From a virus (taxonomy: Duplodnaviria; Caudoviricetes): a DNA stretch of 54,536 bases. Shown here piece by piece: positions 27,269-38,385 of this stretch; the first letter of the stretch is position 1; the number at the start of each line of letters is the position of its first letter. The stretch covers positions 1 to 54,536 of the IMG/VR virus record IMGVR_UViG_3300048895_000171, one strand, 5' to 3'. A program made the translations under genes and the position numbers. A model generated the notes under the pieces. That model searched no databases, was not told where the DNA came from, and was given only the letters and a program-made list of their open reading frames with translations.

Positions 27269-30200
27269 ATGGCAATCGTCAACGTAAAAGACTTCGGGTC
27301 CGTGAAGTTCCCGGACGACATGAGCCCGGACGACATCAAGTCGGCCCTGGACAAGAAATACGCCAAGCCCGCACCACTGCGCGGAGCTCTTGCAGGAGTT
27401 GAGGAGTTCGCCGGCTCCATCCCCAAAGGGCTCGCATCCATCTCCGAGGGTGCAACCCCGGTAACAGTTCCGGCCCCCATCTGGAACGGAGAGATTCCCA
27501 ATGGCTCACCCATGACCGAGGACAGTGGTGGTCGCGCGTCTGTGGTCCCGCCCCAGCTTGGACCCAGCGTCCGGCCCCGCACTGGTTCAGAGGTGGTGGC
27601 AGCCCTGAAGCAGAACAAGCTTTACCAGATCGGCGAGACCGCTGCCGCATCAGTGCCCTTGAGCGCGCAGCAGGAGGCCAGTAAAATCACCCAGGCCGGC
27701 AAGATGGTCGGTGGTTCCGCCGGCATGGCGCTGGGCCCCCTGGCCACCCCTGCGTTCGCCGTGTCATCGATGGGCGACACCGCCAACGACTTCGACCGCA
27801 TCAAGCAGGAGAACCCGAAGCTGAGCGAGGATGAGGCTGCTGACCAGGCGCTTCAGATGTCCGTCAACAAGGGTGTCATCACGGCTGCCACCTTCTCTGT
27901 CCTGCCGCCCGCCCTGCGCGGAGCCCTGGAGAAGCACCTGGTTGGCAAGCTGGGTAATCGCTGGGTGGCCGGACGACTGGCATCTGCCACCGAGGCAGGC
28001 ACTGTCATGGGTGCACAGACCGCCGGGCAGAACATTGTCGAAGGCAAGAAGCCGACCGAAGGACTGGGCGCATCCACTGGGGGCGGTGCCATCATGGGGT
28101 TGCTCCTGCCTTGGTTGAAAACTAGGGGTCAGGCTGACAGAGAATTTGTTAAGTCCGAGATGGTCAAGAGGGGGTATGACCCCAGCAAGACTTTGACTGA
28201 GCAGATGCTGAAGGACCCAAAGGTGGTCAAGTCAATCAAGGAAGACCCTGAACTTACTGACGATCAGAAGGAAAATCTTCTCAAAACCGGGACTAGCATT
28301 ACAAAGGGAGGAAAGAACATCGAGCAGCCCGTTCCAGAAGACGAGTCTGCTCCGGCACCAGCTCCGAAGTCCAAAGCAGTTCCATACAAACTGGAGTCCG
28401 ACGAGGGAGGTGGTTATTCCATCACCGCTCCAGATGGCTCCGCCATTTCAAGCCACGCATCATTCGCTGAAGCCAAGGAGGCGATGGACAAACTGAAGGT
28501 GTCTGGTGGCCGGACGGCAGGTAGGCCGGAGGACATCAAGCTGACCGAAGATGAGGCCAAGGCTCAAGGTCCAGAGGTTGTGAAATCCATCATGGCAAAG
28601 CATGGAGTTGACCGTGATACTGCGGTTGCCATTCAGTCTGCCAACCGGACACGTCTCGGAATCACTAAGGATGTTGCATCACCCCACTCCGAAACTGTGG
28701 GTGCCAGCATTGATGTGTTCCAGGTCGGAGACAGGGACCTGGCTGATTACTTCCAGAAGTCCAAGGGTGGAAGCCTGACCGGTGAAGCATGGCGCGTGGG
28801 TATGGCTGCCAAGACTGAGGCTGATGTTCAGGAGCTTCAGAATAAGCAGCAGATCATGCACCAGCGCGCACAGGAGGCGAAGGCAACCAAGAACATCCCG
28901 GCCATGATGACTTCGGCCATGAAGGGGCAGTTCTACCGCGAGGCGTATGAGGCCGCCACGGGCACTGGCAGCGCGGGAGAGGCGCTCCTGAAGAAAGACC
29001 CCAATTACAAGCCGCCGGTTCCTGCGAAGGCCGCCGAGGAGGTCAAGCTGGACCCCGAAGACCAGAAGCACATCGACGCCGAGCGCGGGACGGTGGACGT
29101 TCCTGTCGAGGTTGTTGATTCTGCTGACAAAGGGAATCCGTTTGCAAAGAACCTGGAGTCCAACATTGCCACCATTGACCGGGCGTCCGGCAAAATCCTC
29201 ATCAACAAGCAGGCGTTCTCGGACTGGCTCAAAGGCATACCGGAGAAAGACAGGGGCATGGCCGTTCGTTCCCTGCTTGGTGAGGAGCGCATCCACCTTG
29301 CGACTGACGACGCGGCGGCTGCCGCCTACTGGGACAACCTTACCGCCCAGGAGAAGGCCATCGTTCGACGCCGCTACGCCGGCAAGGGAAGCGTTCTGGC
29401 TGGCATGAACCGGACGCTGTGGGGCCACGAAGCCCTGCGGTTCCGTATGCAGCAGCTTGCGCGCATGACGCCGCGCGAGATTGCTGACGCCGTGGGCAAG
29501 GAGAAGTGGACTCTCAAGGCGCTCACCATCATCGAGACCGCCATACGTGGCATCCGTGAGAAGTTCCTGCGCACCGGTGCCAGCAAGGAATCCATCCGAA
29601 TCCTGGGAACGATTCAGGACCGGCTGAACATGGGCAAGGTGGTGGCCGCCGGCGGAAGTCCCAAGGCGATGAGTAAGGCCGCACAGAAACTGGCCTTCAA
29701 AAACGCCGACGAACTTGAGCAGGACGCTGTCATCTTCGAGCAGGCTGGAGACAAGGCCGGTGCCGAGGAGATGCGAGCCATGGCGAAGGATTTGCGCCAA
29801 CGCACGTTTGACCAGTCGTTCCAGTCCGAGAAGACTCCCGGTGCCCGCATCAAGAAGCGCGTGGAGTCCAAGGAGCAGGAGCACTTCATTCTGCCGGGTG
29901 CCAACACGATTAAGACCGCCGCCGGCAATGTGAAGGAGCCGTCGTTCAACCGGGAGAAGAACGAGTTTGAGTTCAAGGACACAGCCCCGGTGGCAGGCGA
30001 TGAACGCTCCACTGCCGAGAAGTCTGGTGCCCTGCCGCGCCTGACCAGCGCCCAGATTGATGAGCGCGCCAGCAAGAAGGTTGGTGACGCCGTCCAGGAA
30101 CGCATTGCTGCATCCGTCAAGGGTGAGCGCATGGCGCTGCCCACGTTCAAGCAATTTGCCGCAAGTTCGTCCGGTCAACAGGGTCGTCTGCTGGAAATCT

Positions 30201-33200
30201 GGCAGGGTGCGGTTGGCAAGCTGCTGGAGAACATGCCCGGTGAGGACATGCGACTGCTGGCGAAGGCTGGCATCCAGGGCAAGACCCAGGAAATCACCAC
30301 CGACAAACAGATTGAGCTGAAGTTCAAAGGTGCGAAGGACGCTGACGAGAAGATCAAGAACGCCAAGGAACGCCGTGACCGCTCGCTCTCCAAGGAGGCC
30401 AGCTCTGGCCGCTCAATCTGGGACGCACCGGTGCCGGACAAAGATTTTGGAATTGATACCGTCAAGCATTACACCGCGCTGGAGCGGGACCTTGAACAGA
30501 AGGTGGAGGCATTGTCAGAACGGGAATCAGAGGTGAAGGAGCTGGCTTCCGACCTAAAGGGTTCGACCGCCCTGATGGAGGACCGAACCAAGCAGGAGTC
30601 TGAACTGGCTGATGCCAGGACCGCCGTGTGGGACGCCCGCAAGGAGACGCAGGACGCGCGCCGCCGCATCGCTGAGCTCAAGCCGGAATATGATGGGGTC
30701 ATCCAGAAGCGCAAGCGCCGCTCCTGGATTCAGTCCGCTCTGTTCCGAAAGATGGTTCGACCTGCACTGGAGGAGAATCAGGCCACTCTCACACGCAAAG
30801 AAGTGGTGCCCGAGGAAGTCCGCTACGGCGGTGGTGACAAGTTCTCCGCCTACGAGGACACGACCAGGCTGCCCGACTCCAAGGTGGCAGACGCATTGAC
30901 CGACAACGCGCGCCGCTCAAAGGATGATGCTGCCACGATCACCCGCCGGCTGGCTGTGCTGCTGAACCCGCGCACTGGCACCGTGCATTTGGTGTCCGCT
31001 TACGACCATCCACATGGCCGGGAGGTGCCGCACGACGTCCGCGTCCTGGACCCGATCTCCCCGATGCGGGAGCACCTGCCTTTGAGCCGAGTTATGAGCC
31101 GATACAAGGTCCTGCGCTCCGTCCTGCTCGATGAGCCGGTCAGAAAGTTCCGTCAGGACTTCAAGAGCATCGCCGATTACGAGAGCAAGTTCGGCAAGGA
31201 GGTCAACCGCACTGAGCAACAGCACGCGGAGTATCAGCCCGGCTCCCTGTCAGAGGAGGAGTTCATGGCGGAGAGTGGCGGCCGAATCAGCGGTGGTAGT
31301 GGCGGCTCGTTCCAAGGACCGCACCGTGACACCGTGTTCGAGGGCGAGGCTGGCGCGGCGGAGAAGTCGGAGACCACACCCCTGACGGACGCGGAAGGCA
31401 AGGCCCTGCTCGACCATGTGTTGAGCTACGGCGAGCCGCTCTCAGTTGATGATGTTGACCAGGCGTTGAGTAAGCTTGCAGAGGTGAAGAACCGGCAGGC
31501 CATGTCCGCCATCGCCAAGCTGGGCCGCGCGCTCCAGGAAAAGTATCCCGACTCGGATGGCAACCAGCTCAAGAAGATGCTCGCCCAGTTCATCTTTGAG
31601 AACTACCGGGCGAACCGGAAGATTGGACGCAGCGCACCTGCTGACATAAAGCGGATTAACAATCCGATGGCGGTGAACCGCCAGCGCCTGCGCGAGGAGC
31701 GGGACAAAGTTATTGGTGAGCTGGCTACCGCCAAGAACCGGGCTGCTGTCGTATTCAAGCGCAGTGACACAGAGAAGGCGATGTCAGCCAGCCTGGACGC
31801 TGCCGACACGGTTGCCAACAACTTTGCCGAGAACGCACAATGGTCGGTCAGGATGCCGTCTTCTGACGATGCTCGGAATGTGGTTGGAATGAAGAAGAAC
31901 TTTCACGGGAAGAAGGAAATCTTGGAAGGGGCTCCTGCCATGCTGGCGGCTGGCTCGGTCAAGGCCCGCTACCACTACAACGCCGAAGCGATGGCGGAGG
32001 CTGAGCGTCTGATGAAGGATGAGGCTTACATCAAAAAGGAGAGTTACCTGGCCCACCTGAAGAAAGACCTCGCCATCAAGACCAACATGGGCAAGGACAC
32101 TCCCGCAATGCGCGAGGAGGTCAAGTCGATGCAGAACGAGTTTGATACGGCGATTCAAAAGAAGCTTCTGGAGACCGGGTTCCTCAATCAGGCTGATGCC
32201 ACCTACTACCACGACCCGGAGGCCAAGTCCAAGATCGACGAATACATGTTCCGGGTTCGGCAGGGCATGGAGGCGGCTAACCGCATGATTAAGGACGGAA
32301 ACTACTGGGACAAATACCGGGGCCGCCGTTGGAAGCGTGGAAACGAGAAGCTGCTGGAGACGCTGGAGTTCGCCAAGGCCCAGTGGGACAACCCGGAGTT
32401 GCAAGACACCGCCATGTGGATGCGCAAGGAGCTGGACCGCCAGTTCGAGCTGGAGCGCAACAACGGTTACAGCGTCCAATACGACGACAACTACATGCCG
32501 GGCCGGTATGATGGTGAGCTGTTCTCCCAGCACGGCGTCCTGTTCGCCGGCATCCGGGTTCTGGGTCGCCAGTTCCGTTCAGCTAAGGTGTTTCCGACGA
32601 TCTACCACGCTGCCGAGAAGGGGCCGTATGTTCCCGCATCGCTCGATGGCTCAGCAATGGTGGGCTCCCGCGTCCGCCAGGGAATGCGGTCAGTGATGAA
32701 GAACACCTGGTGGAATGGCCTAAAGCACATCAATGATGATGTGACCGGGCAGCCAATCGCCAAGGCTGGAAAGGATTTCAAAGGCAAGATTACCGCTCCC
32801 GGAACGGATTACACCCACGAGTTCAAGACTCCGGGGGGCGACAAGATTTACATTCTGGACGGGTATGAGAACCTGGTTCACCAGCTCACCGACCCTGATG
32901 CAATCACCAAGAATCTGATTACCAGAAGCGCATTGGAAGCTGGGCAGTATCTGAAGCACACCGTTCTGCTCGGCGACGTTTTCCATCTTGGCCGCGTGAC
33001 CTACTACGCGGCTTCAATCCTTGGACGGAAGACCGCCTACTTGCCTGGCTGGGCGGCAACATCTATCCGCGAGGAGGACATTCCGCGTGCCGTGAAAGCT
33101 GGCACCATCAGCCAGAAGACGGCCAACTTTCTGACCGAGAAGGTGGCGTTCCGCATTGGCTCAAAGGCCAGCATGATCTCTCGGGCGCGTCTGTCGCACC

Positions 33201-34453
33201 TGTATCAGCGCAGCGGACTGAACGTGGGCAAGATTCAGGACGCCATCTACAAGGACTTGGTGAGGCACGTTCCTGGATTTGGACAATACAACCGGTTCCT
33301 GTTCGACCGCTACACGCGCGGAATGATGATGACTTCAGCTCTGCGGGAGTTCGACCGGTTGAGCAAGTTGGACCCGCAGAAGGATTCGCGCGACATCGTT
33401 CAGGAGTCGGCCCGCGACCTGAACTTCTACTTCGGCAACATTGGGCGTCAGGGCTGGATTAAATCCCAGACCTTCCAAAGCCTTGCCCGCATGACTTTCC
33501 TGGCCCCGCAGTGGCTGGAGGGATTGATTAGGAAAGAGGCTTCTATCGTTCGTGGAATTCATAGCCCGGTCCGGGCGCTCACTGGCAGGGACACCATGTT
33601 CCGTGGCATCGCCCGAGGGATGCTAGCTATGCTGGCGCTTACCCAGGTGTCCAACATGATTACGAAGGGTCATCCGACGTGGCAGAACAAGGAGAAGGAC
33701 CATAAGTGGGATACGGAAGTGGCTGACAACGTGTGGCTGTCTCCGCTGGCGGTGTTCAATGAGCTGACCGGAGACATGATTCGGCTGCTGGAAACGAAGC
33801 CGAAGGCGTGGGATGCGATTCAGCAGATCGGAGAGAACAAGCTTGGGTTCTACGGTCGCGCCGCCATGGTCCTGGCAACGAGCAAGGCTCCCGGCGGACA
33901 GTATCAGACGACCACCGGCGGTGTGCTGGGACAGGCAGCCAAACAGCTCATACCGACTCCAATCTCATTTGGTGTTTTGGGCCAGGCGGCTGGAAACAAG
34001 ATTGCTCCCGGACTGGTGCCGCCGGTTCCGAAGCAGATGCTGGCTCAGAAACTTTTCTCCACAACGGGATTGAAGACGCACGCCGGCATGGACGCCGAAC
34101 AATACACGAAGCTGAGCGCCGAGAAGTTCCGCAAGGCGAACGGCATCACGACGCCATCAATTCAATACACTGACGAGCCGAGCTATTCACAGCTCCGGTA
34201 TCTGGTGAAGAACGGCGACCTGTCCGGTGCGACGAAGATGCTGGCGCATTTGAAGCAGACGAAGACCGACAAGGACATCATTGACGCCATGCGGGTTTGG
34301 GTGAGGAAGCCGTTCACCGGCAGCTTGCACAGCGAACGGCTCTGGTTGGGCGGGATGAGCGATGATGAGCGTGCGACCTACGACGATGCGGTTAATGAGA
34401 AGATGAAGGAATATCAGGCGTTTGTGGACTGGTATTTCCACACGCCTCAGTGA
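27269..34453 (+). CDS. very large internal virion/ejection-type protein (2394 aa)
   Basis: Last and largest structural-arm gene; N-terminal VKFPDDMSPDDIKSAL, Gly/Ala hydrophobic region, helical. Confidence 0.6.
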   Translation: MAIVNVKDFGSVKFPDDMSPDDIKSALDKKYAKPAPLRGALAGVEEFAGSIPKGLASISEGATPVTVPAPIWNGEIPNGSPMTEDSGGRASVVPPQLGPSVRPRTGSEVVAALKQNKLYQIGETAAASVPLSAQQEASKITQAGKMVGGSAGMALGPLATPAFAVSSMGDTANDFDRIKQENPKLSEDEAADQALQMSVNKGVITAATFSVLPPALRGALEKHLVGKLGNRWVAGRLASATEAGTVMGAQTAGQNIVEGKKPTEGLGASTGGGAIMGLLLPWLKTRGQADREFVKSEMVKRGYDPSKTLTEQMLKDPKVVKSIKEDPELTDDQKENLLKTGTSITKGGKNIEQPVPEDESAPAPAPKSKAVPYKLESDEGGGYSITAPDGSAISSHASFAEAKEAMDKLKVSGGRTAGRPEDIKLTEDEAKAQGPEVVKSIMAKHGVDRDTAVAIQSANRTRLGITKDVASPHSETVGASIDVFQVGDRDLADYFQKSKGGSLTGEAWRVGMAAKTEADVQELQNKQQIMHQRAQEAKATKNIPAMMTSAMKGQFYREAYEAATGTGSAGEALLKKDPNYKPPVPAKAAEEVKLDPEDQKHIDAERGTVDVPVEVVDSADKGNPFAKNLESNIATIDRASGKILINKQAFSDWLKGIPEKDRGMAVRSLLGEERIHLATDDAAAAAYWDNLTAQEKAIVRRRYAGKGSVLAGMNRTLWGHEALRFRMQQLARMTPREIADAVGKEKWTLKALTIIETAIRGIREKFLRTGASKESIRILGTIQDRLNMGKVVAAGGSPKAMSKAAQKLAFKNADELEQDAVIFEQAGDKAGAEEMRAMAKDLRQRTFDQSFQSEKTPGARIKKRVESKEQEHFILPGANTIKTAAGNVKEPSFNREKNEFEFKDTAPVAGDERSTAEKSGALPRLTSAQIDERASKKVGDAVQERIAASVKGERMALPTFKQFAASSSGQQGRLLEIWQGAVGKLLENMPGEDMRLLAKAGIQGKTQEITTDKQIELKFKGAKDADEKIKNAKERRDRSLSKEASSGRSIWDAPVPDKDFGIDTVKHYTALERDLEQKVEALSERESEVKELASDLKGSTALMEDRTKQESELADARTAVWDARKETQDARRRIAELKPEYDGVIQKRKRRSWIQSALFRKMVRPALEENQATLTRKEVVPEEVRYGGGDKFSAYEDTTRLPDSKVADALTDNARRSKDDAATITRRLAVLLNPRTGTVHLVSAYDHPHGREVPHDVRVLDPISPMREHLPLSRVMSRYKVLRSVLLDEPVRKFRQDFKSIADYESKFGKEVNRTEQQHAEYQPGSLSEEEFMAESGGRISGGSGGSFQGPHRDTVFEGEAGAAEKSETTPLTDAEGKALLDHVLSYGEPLSVDDVDQALSKLAEVKNRQAMSAIAKLGRALQEKYPDSDGNQLKKMLAQFIFENYRANRKIGRSAPADIKRINNPMAVNRQRLREERDKVIGELATAKNRAAVVFKRSDTEKAMSASLDAADTVANNFAENAQWSVRMPSSDDARNVVGMKKNFHGKKEILEGAPAMLAAGSVKARYHYNAEAMAEAERLMKDEAYIKKESYLAHLKKDLAIKTNMGKDTPAMREEVKSMQNEFDTAIQKKLLETGFLNQADATYYHDPEAKSKIDEYMFRVRQGMEAANRMIKDGNYWDKYRGRRWKRGNEKLLETLEFAKAQWDNPELQDTAMWMRKELDRQFELERNNGYSVQYDDNYMPGRYDGELFSQHGVLFAGIRVLGRQFRSAKVFPTIYHAAEKGPYVPASLDGSAMVGSRVRQGMRSVMKNTWWNGLKHINDDVTGQPIAKAGKDFKGKITAPGTDYTHEFKTPGGDKIYILDGYENLVHQLTDPDAITKNLITRSALEAGQYLKHTVLLGDVFHLGRVTYYAASILGRKTAYLPGWAATSIREEDIPRAVKAGTISQKTANFLTEKVAFRIGSKASMISRARLSHLYQRSGLNVGKIQDAIYKDLVRHVPGFGQYNRFLFDRYTRGMMMTSALREFDRLSKLDPQKDSRDIVQESARDLNFYFGNIGRQGWIKSQTFQSLARMTFLAPQWLEGLIRKEASIVRGIHSPVRALTGRDTMFRGIARGMLAMLALTQVSNMITKGHPTWQNKEKDHKWDTEVADNVWLSPLAVFNELTGDMIRLLETKPKAWDAIQQIGENKLGFYGRAAMVLATSKAPGGQYQTTTGGVLGQAAKQLIPTPISFGVLGQAAGNKIAPGLVPPVPKQMLAQKLFSTTGLKTHAGMDAEQYTKLSAEKFRKANGITTPSIQYTDEPSYSQLRYLVKNGDLSGATKMLAHLKQTKTDKDIIDAMRVWVRKPFTGSLHSERLWLGGMSDDERATYDDAVNEKMKEYQAFVDWYFHTPQ

Positions 34454-35277
34454 GATTCCCACAGCATATTGTCGAGTTGGTTTTCCAGCATCTCCCGCGT
34501 GCCGCCCATCTGAACAAATTGGCGGGAATCCTTAGCCGGTAAGGCCATCACACAGCACGGCACAGTTAAGTTCCTCGACAGCGACAAGGCCCCATCATAC
34601 CCAGCGTTAAACTTCTTTCCGTTGACCTCCTTGTCCTGGTCGTTGTCGGCGATGATTACCGCCCGCTCGATGTGCAGTCGTTTGATGGTTTGCTTGATGA
34701 TGTCCAGTCCACCGCTGTTCGATGGCCGGCCGATGGCGTAGAGACCGATGGTGAGCAGCGCAGCGCAGTCAGTTGGCCCCTCGACCAGGAACACCGTGTT
34801 GCGCGGCTCGCAGAATGGCAGGAAGATTCCCGTGCGGCTGCCGGTGACGCAGAACTTACCGCCGTCGTCCCGCCTGAGCCTGATGCCGCACATGAACCCG
34901 TTGCCGTCTCGCATGGGGAAGGCCCAGGCTTCATAGCCCGGGGCCCATACCGCCATCATCTGAACCAGTGAGTCCACGCTGACACCCAGGTCTTCTGCGA
35001 GTGGCTCCAGCTTGTGTATGCCGCACCCCTTCTTCCATATCCCAATCAGCTTGTTGGCGTCGATGCGCGGAGGCTCCTTCTGCTTGGGCATGGGTGGCCT
35101 CAGCACCGTCTTGTCGTGCTCATGCCAGTAACCGAGCTCGCCACTGTTCTTCAGGGTGTATGGCTTGTCACTCGTCACGCGCATACAGAGCGTGGCCTTC
35201 TCGCCGATGAGGCACCACGAATCCTTGCCGCACGCTGGACATGGGGTCTTCTTACTGACTCGAAGCATTTTTGCCAT
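34447..35277 (-). CDS. DNA primase (Zn finger + TOPRIM)
   Basis: CPACGKDSWC; LVEGPTD and IIADND TOPRIM motifs. Confidence 0.85.
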   Translation of the reverse strand: MAKMLRVSKKTPCPACGKDSWCLIGEKATLCMRVTSDKPYTLKNSGELGYWHEHDKTVLRPPMPKQKEPPRIDANKLIGIWKKGCGIHKLEPLAEDLGVSVDSLVQMMAVWAPGYEAWAFPMRDGNGFMCGIRLRRDDGGKFCVTGSRTGIFLPFCEPRNTVFLVEGPTDCAALLTIGLYAIGRPSNSGGLDIIKQTIKRLHIERAVIIADNDQDKEVNGKKFNAGYDGALSLSRNLTVPCCVMALPAKDSRQFVQMGGTREMLENQLDNMLWESH

Positions 35278-35641
35278 AAGCGATGATGTTGATTACCGTT
35301 TTTTCTTCTTCTTTCGTTGCAGCCTTTCGGGACACGACCCGGCCAGCAAGGATGTTCCACCGGTCGTCCGTAATGATTCCAGCCTTGACGAGAAAATCCT
35401 GCAAAGCTTTGATGTCATATCCGTCGTAGTCAGCAGGCCGCATTGAATAAACAGTGAACGTGATCTCAAAGCGTTCAGCAGCATTATGCCAGTGCGCTTC
35501 TTCTGTGCCGCCACCATCGTCCAGTGGCAGCCGTTTATCTGGTTTCGCAGGCAGGGGACGTAACCCTTCACCACTATCTCCATAAAGATGGGGGTTCCTC
35601 CGTCGGGTGGACACGCTGACGTTTTTGGGGATTTCATTCAT
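35252..35641 (-). CDS. RusA-like Holliday junction resolvase
   Basis: RPADYDG..KALQDFLVKAGIITDD. Confidence 0.7.
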   Translation of the reverse strand: MNEIPKNVSVSTRRRNPHLYGDSGEGLRPLPAKPDKRLPLDDGGGTEEAHWHNAAERFEITFTVYSMRPADYDGYDIKALQDFLVKAGIITDDRWNILAGRVVSRKAATKEEEKTVINIIAYGKNASSQ

Positions 35642-35976
35642 TTTTGCAATACGACGCCCTCATCTTTCATGCCGGGCAGGGTTAAGGTTTGCAGCGCTGA
35701 CAATGTTCTCGTCAGCCTGGGGATGGTGTCGTCGTTGATGATCTCGATGGAGCGCCTCAGCTTGACCGCCTTCCTCCGCTCGTAGCCGTGCTGCTCCTTG
35801 AGGTGGGCGATGTCTCCGGGAGTGGCTAACGGGCTGTTCATGGACTCCACCATGCCCTGCATCTGTGCCTCAATCAACTCCGCCTTCTCAAGTTTCAGCT
35901 TGGCCTTGCGCCGGTATTTCAGAATCTCGGCGATGACCTCGAACTCCTTGGTGAACCGTCTTTGTTGTCTGCTCAT
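35638..35976 (-). CDS. hypothetical protein
   Basis: 112-aa ORF, ATGA overlaps. Confidence 0.65.
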   Translation of the reverse strand: MSRQQRRFTKEFEVIAEILKYRRKAKLKLEKAELIEAQMQGMVESMNSPLATPGDIAHLKEQHGYERRKAVKLRRSIEIINDDTIPRLTRTLSALQTLTLPGMKDEGVVLQK

Positions 35977-36245
35977 AGGTTTAATTTATCAATTTGTTTT
36001 TGGAATTCTATATGGTCCAGTCGGACGGTTATAGATGGATGCCACTCTCTTTCAATTATGTTTAAGTGGGTTGCCGTCGCTCGACCCCATTGGTTTTTGC
36101 ACATGACTCTTAGAATGCCTTCATTTGGGTGGTGATGCCTGAATGCGACCAGGGTTTGATAGCTGAAGTAAAGGTCCAGATGCTTCATATAGACTGCGGT
36201 TAGTGACGTTTTTATTCTGGACACCTCTGGGAACGGGTTGTTCAT
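35973..36245 (-). CDS. hypothetical protein
   Basis: 90-aa AT-rich ORF, LYFSYQTLVAF..WGRATATHLN. Confidence 0.65.
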   Translation of the reverse strand: MNNPFPEVSRIKTSLTAVYMKHLDLYFSYQTLVAFRHHHPNEGILRVMCKNQWGRATATHLNIIEREWHPSITVRLDHIEFQKQIDKLNL

Positions 36246-36763
36246 CAGAATTTCTTTCCGTTTATGGCCTTTCTTGCCTCGTGTGAGTGGTCCTGCCGGG
36301 TCAGGTTGTAGGCGATCTTTTCCTCGACTGCGCCGTCCAGGTCGAGACCGAACTTTTTGCAGTAACCGTCAATGGAGTGGACTGCTGCTGACAGGTAGTC
36401 AATGTCATCATCTCCGAACTGGACCATACATATGGTAAAGCAAATTAGGAATATGCTTTCAGCCTTGTTGTCCCTGAATGGAGCCTGACCAGGAGCTGTC
36501 TCTCTCAATTTAATTTTGTATCCTGATGCGTAATCCAGCAGCCGAATCTTGGCATCAGCCATCTCCACCTCCTCCATCTTCCTGTGCGGCAGATGGTCGT
36601 CCATTAGGTCTTTCCTTATGCCTTCAACCGCCTCAGACAGCTCTGTGATGGCCAGCATCAACAGCTCGTTCCGGTTGCGCTTGATTGGTTTTCCCGTCTC
36701 CAAATCCGTCCACCACTTCTTGTTGTTGGTGTGGATTCTTGCTGCCAGTTCATTGATGTTCAT
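36245..36763 (-). CDS. MazG-like all-alpha NTP pyrophosphohydrolase
   Basis: ITELSEAVEG..EVEMADAKIRLLD..VEEKIAYN. Confidence 0.8.
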   Translation of the reverse strand: MNINELAARIHTNNKKWWTDLETGKPIKRNRNELLMLAITELSEAVEGIRKDLMDDHLPHRKMEEVEMADAKIRLLDYASGYKIKLRETAPGQAPFRDNKAESIFLICFTICMVQFGDDDIDYLSAAVHSIDGYCKKFGLDLDGAVEEKIAYNLTRQDHSHEARKAINGKKF

Positions 36764-36768
36764 ATGAT

Positions 36769-38385
36769 TTATTTGCGTTTGCGTTTTTGGTTTCCGTAGA
36801 ACTCTCGGACCAGTTGCAATGCCCTTGCGTAGGGAATCGAATACGGGTCCACTCTCATTATCCGCAGGATTTTTGCCATCCCCGGACTCACTACCTTCTC
36901 TGCCTTGGGAATCATCTGCATCGGAGTCAGGTCGTAGCGGTCAAATGGATTGACCGCGCTGACCACGAACTTCGACCGGCCCATCAGCTTCTGCTTCCGT
37001 GACTGCTGCATCAGGCGGGCATCCTCCATCTTTTTCTTCAGCGCCTTCTCCGCCTCGACCATCTCCTCGGTCATGTTCACCGGCACGCCCTTCTCGCGGG
37101 CCCGCTCGACCGCCATCTCAATCACCTCCTGGGAGTAATTTCCACCCAGGATGTCGAACGGGGTTATCAGCTTGTGCTTGCCACAAACGCCGTAGTTGTC
37201 AATGACCAGGCAGTGCGTCTTCCGGCTCCGGGCAATGGCCATTTTCCGCTCCTCCGCCGTGTCGTATTGGTCCACGATGCTGCGACCGTTCACTTCCGGC
37301 GGCCGGAACCCCCGGCCAATCATCTGGCAGTAGAGCCGCCAGGACTTCGTCGGCTTGGGCACGATGATCTCCGCGCGCGGTGCGTCAAACCCGGTCGTGT
37401 GTGTGGCGCAGTTGACCAGAAAGGGCAGCTCACCGTTGATGAACCGCTTGTTGACATCGTCCCGTGTGTCGGATGCCGTCTTGCCCGACACCCACTCTGC
37501 AATGCCCGGCACAACCCGGTTGAATATCTCGCTCAGCATTTCCGCCTGCGCCACCGACACCGTGAAACACAGCGTGGTTCGCGGCGGGGTCTGCGGCTCC
37601 ATAAGGAATTCACTCCACCTTGCCACCGGCACATCGAACAGCGTGCTCGGCTCCAGCATGAACGCCGCCTCCAGGACGCCCTGGGCCACACCGTAGAGCG
37701 GCTTCTCTGCTTCCATGACTGCGGCCAGCTCCGCGCTGTTCAGGTCTCCGCGCTCAGTGTGGACCTCGGAAAGGTCCATGCCTTCCACCCGCAGGGCCAG
37801 CGGCCGCACGGGCATAATCCAGCCGTCGTTGATGGCGTCGATGATCTCGTATTTGAACGAGCAGGTCTGGAACACCTGTCCCAGCGCTTTCTCGTCCTGC
37901 CGGTTCGGCGTGGCTGTGCACCCGAATATCTTGATGTTGGGATTTCCATTCTTGAAGTAATTCAGGATGGACTGAAACGACTTGGCGATGAACAGGTCCG
38001 CCTCGTCGCAGATGATGAGCCCGAATTCCTTCGGGTCGAACTTGTGCATCCGGGTGGCGATGCCGTCCTTGCTGATGAGCGTCTGGACGGACGCGACCAC
38101 CACTGGTGTTTTATTCCACTGTCCCGTGCCGGCTGAAAGGTCCGCCTTCTCGATGGACGCTTCCAGACCGGCGCGAGAAACGTGGCGTGCCGCTTGAAAG
38201 ATGAGCTCGCCCCGATTGGCCAGCACCAGCACCCGCTGAGGCTGAACATGCAGGGCAAGCTCGGAGAAGATGACGGACTTCCCGGAGGCGGTGGGCGATA
38301 CAATCAGAACGCTCTGAAAGTCCCGCCACGCCGCCTTCACCGAGTCAGCCGCCGCCTTCTGATAAGGACGGGGTTGAAATTTCAT
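36769..38385 (-). CDS. superfamily 2 DEAD/DEAH helicase
   Basis: PRPYQ, SPTASGKS, IICDEAD, TATP, TGFDAP, QMIGRG. Confidence 0.92.
   Translation of the reverse strand: MKFQPRPYQKAAADSVKAAWRDFQSVLIVSPTASGKSVIFSELALHVQPQRVLVLANRGELIFQAARHVSRAGLEASIEKADLSAGTGQWNKTPVVVASVQTLISKDGIATRMHKFDPKEFGLIICDEADLFIAKSFQSILNYFKNGNPNIKIFGCTATPNRQDEKALGQVFQTCSFKYEIIDAINDGWIMPVRPLALRVEGMDLSEVHTERGDLNSAELAAVMEAEKPLYGVAQGVLEAAFMLEPSTLFDVPVARWSEFLMEPQTPPRTTLCFTVSVAQAEMLSEIFNRVVPGIAEWVSGKTASDTRDDVNKRFINGELPFLVNCATHTTGFDAPRAEIIVPKPTKSWRLYCQMIGRGFRPPEVNGRSIVDQYDTAEERKMAIARSRKTHCLVIDNYGVCGKHKLITPFDILGGNYSQEVIEMAVERAREKGVPVNMTEEMVEAEKALKKKMEDARLMQQSRKQKLMGRSKFVVSAVNPFDRYDLTPMQMIPKAEKVVSPGMAKILRIMRVDPYSIPYARALQLVREFYGNQKRKRK

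Noticed and set aside
28679-30178. 499-aa minus-strand ORF inside the giant gene
   Set aside because: Antisense shadow
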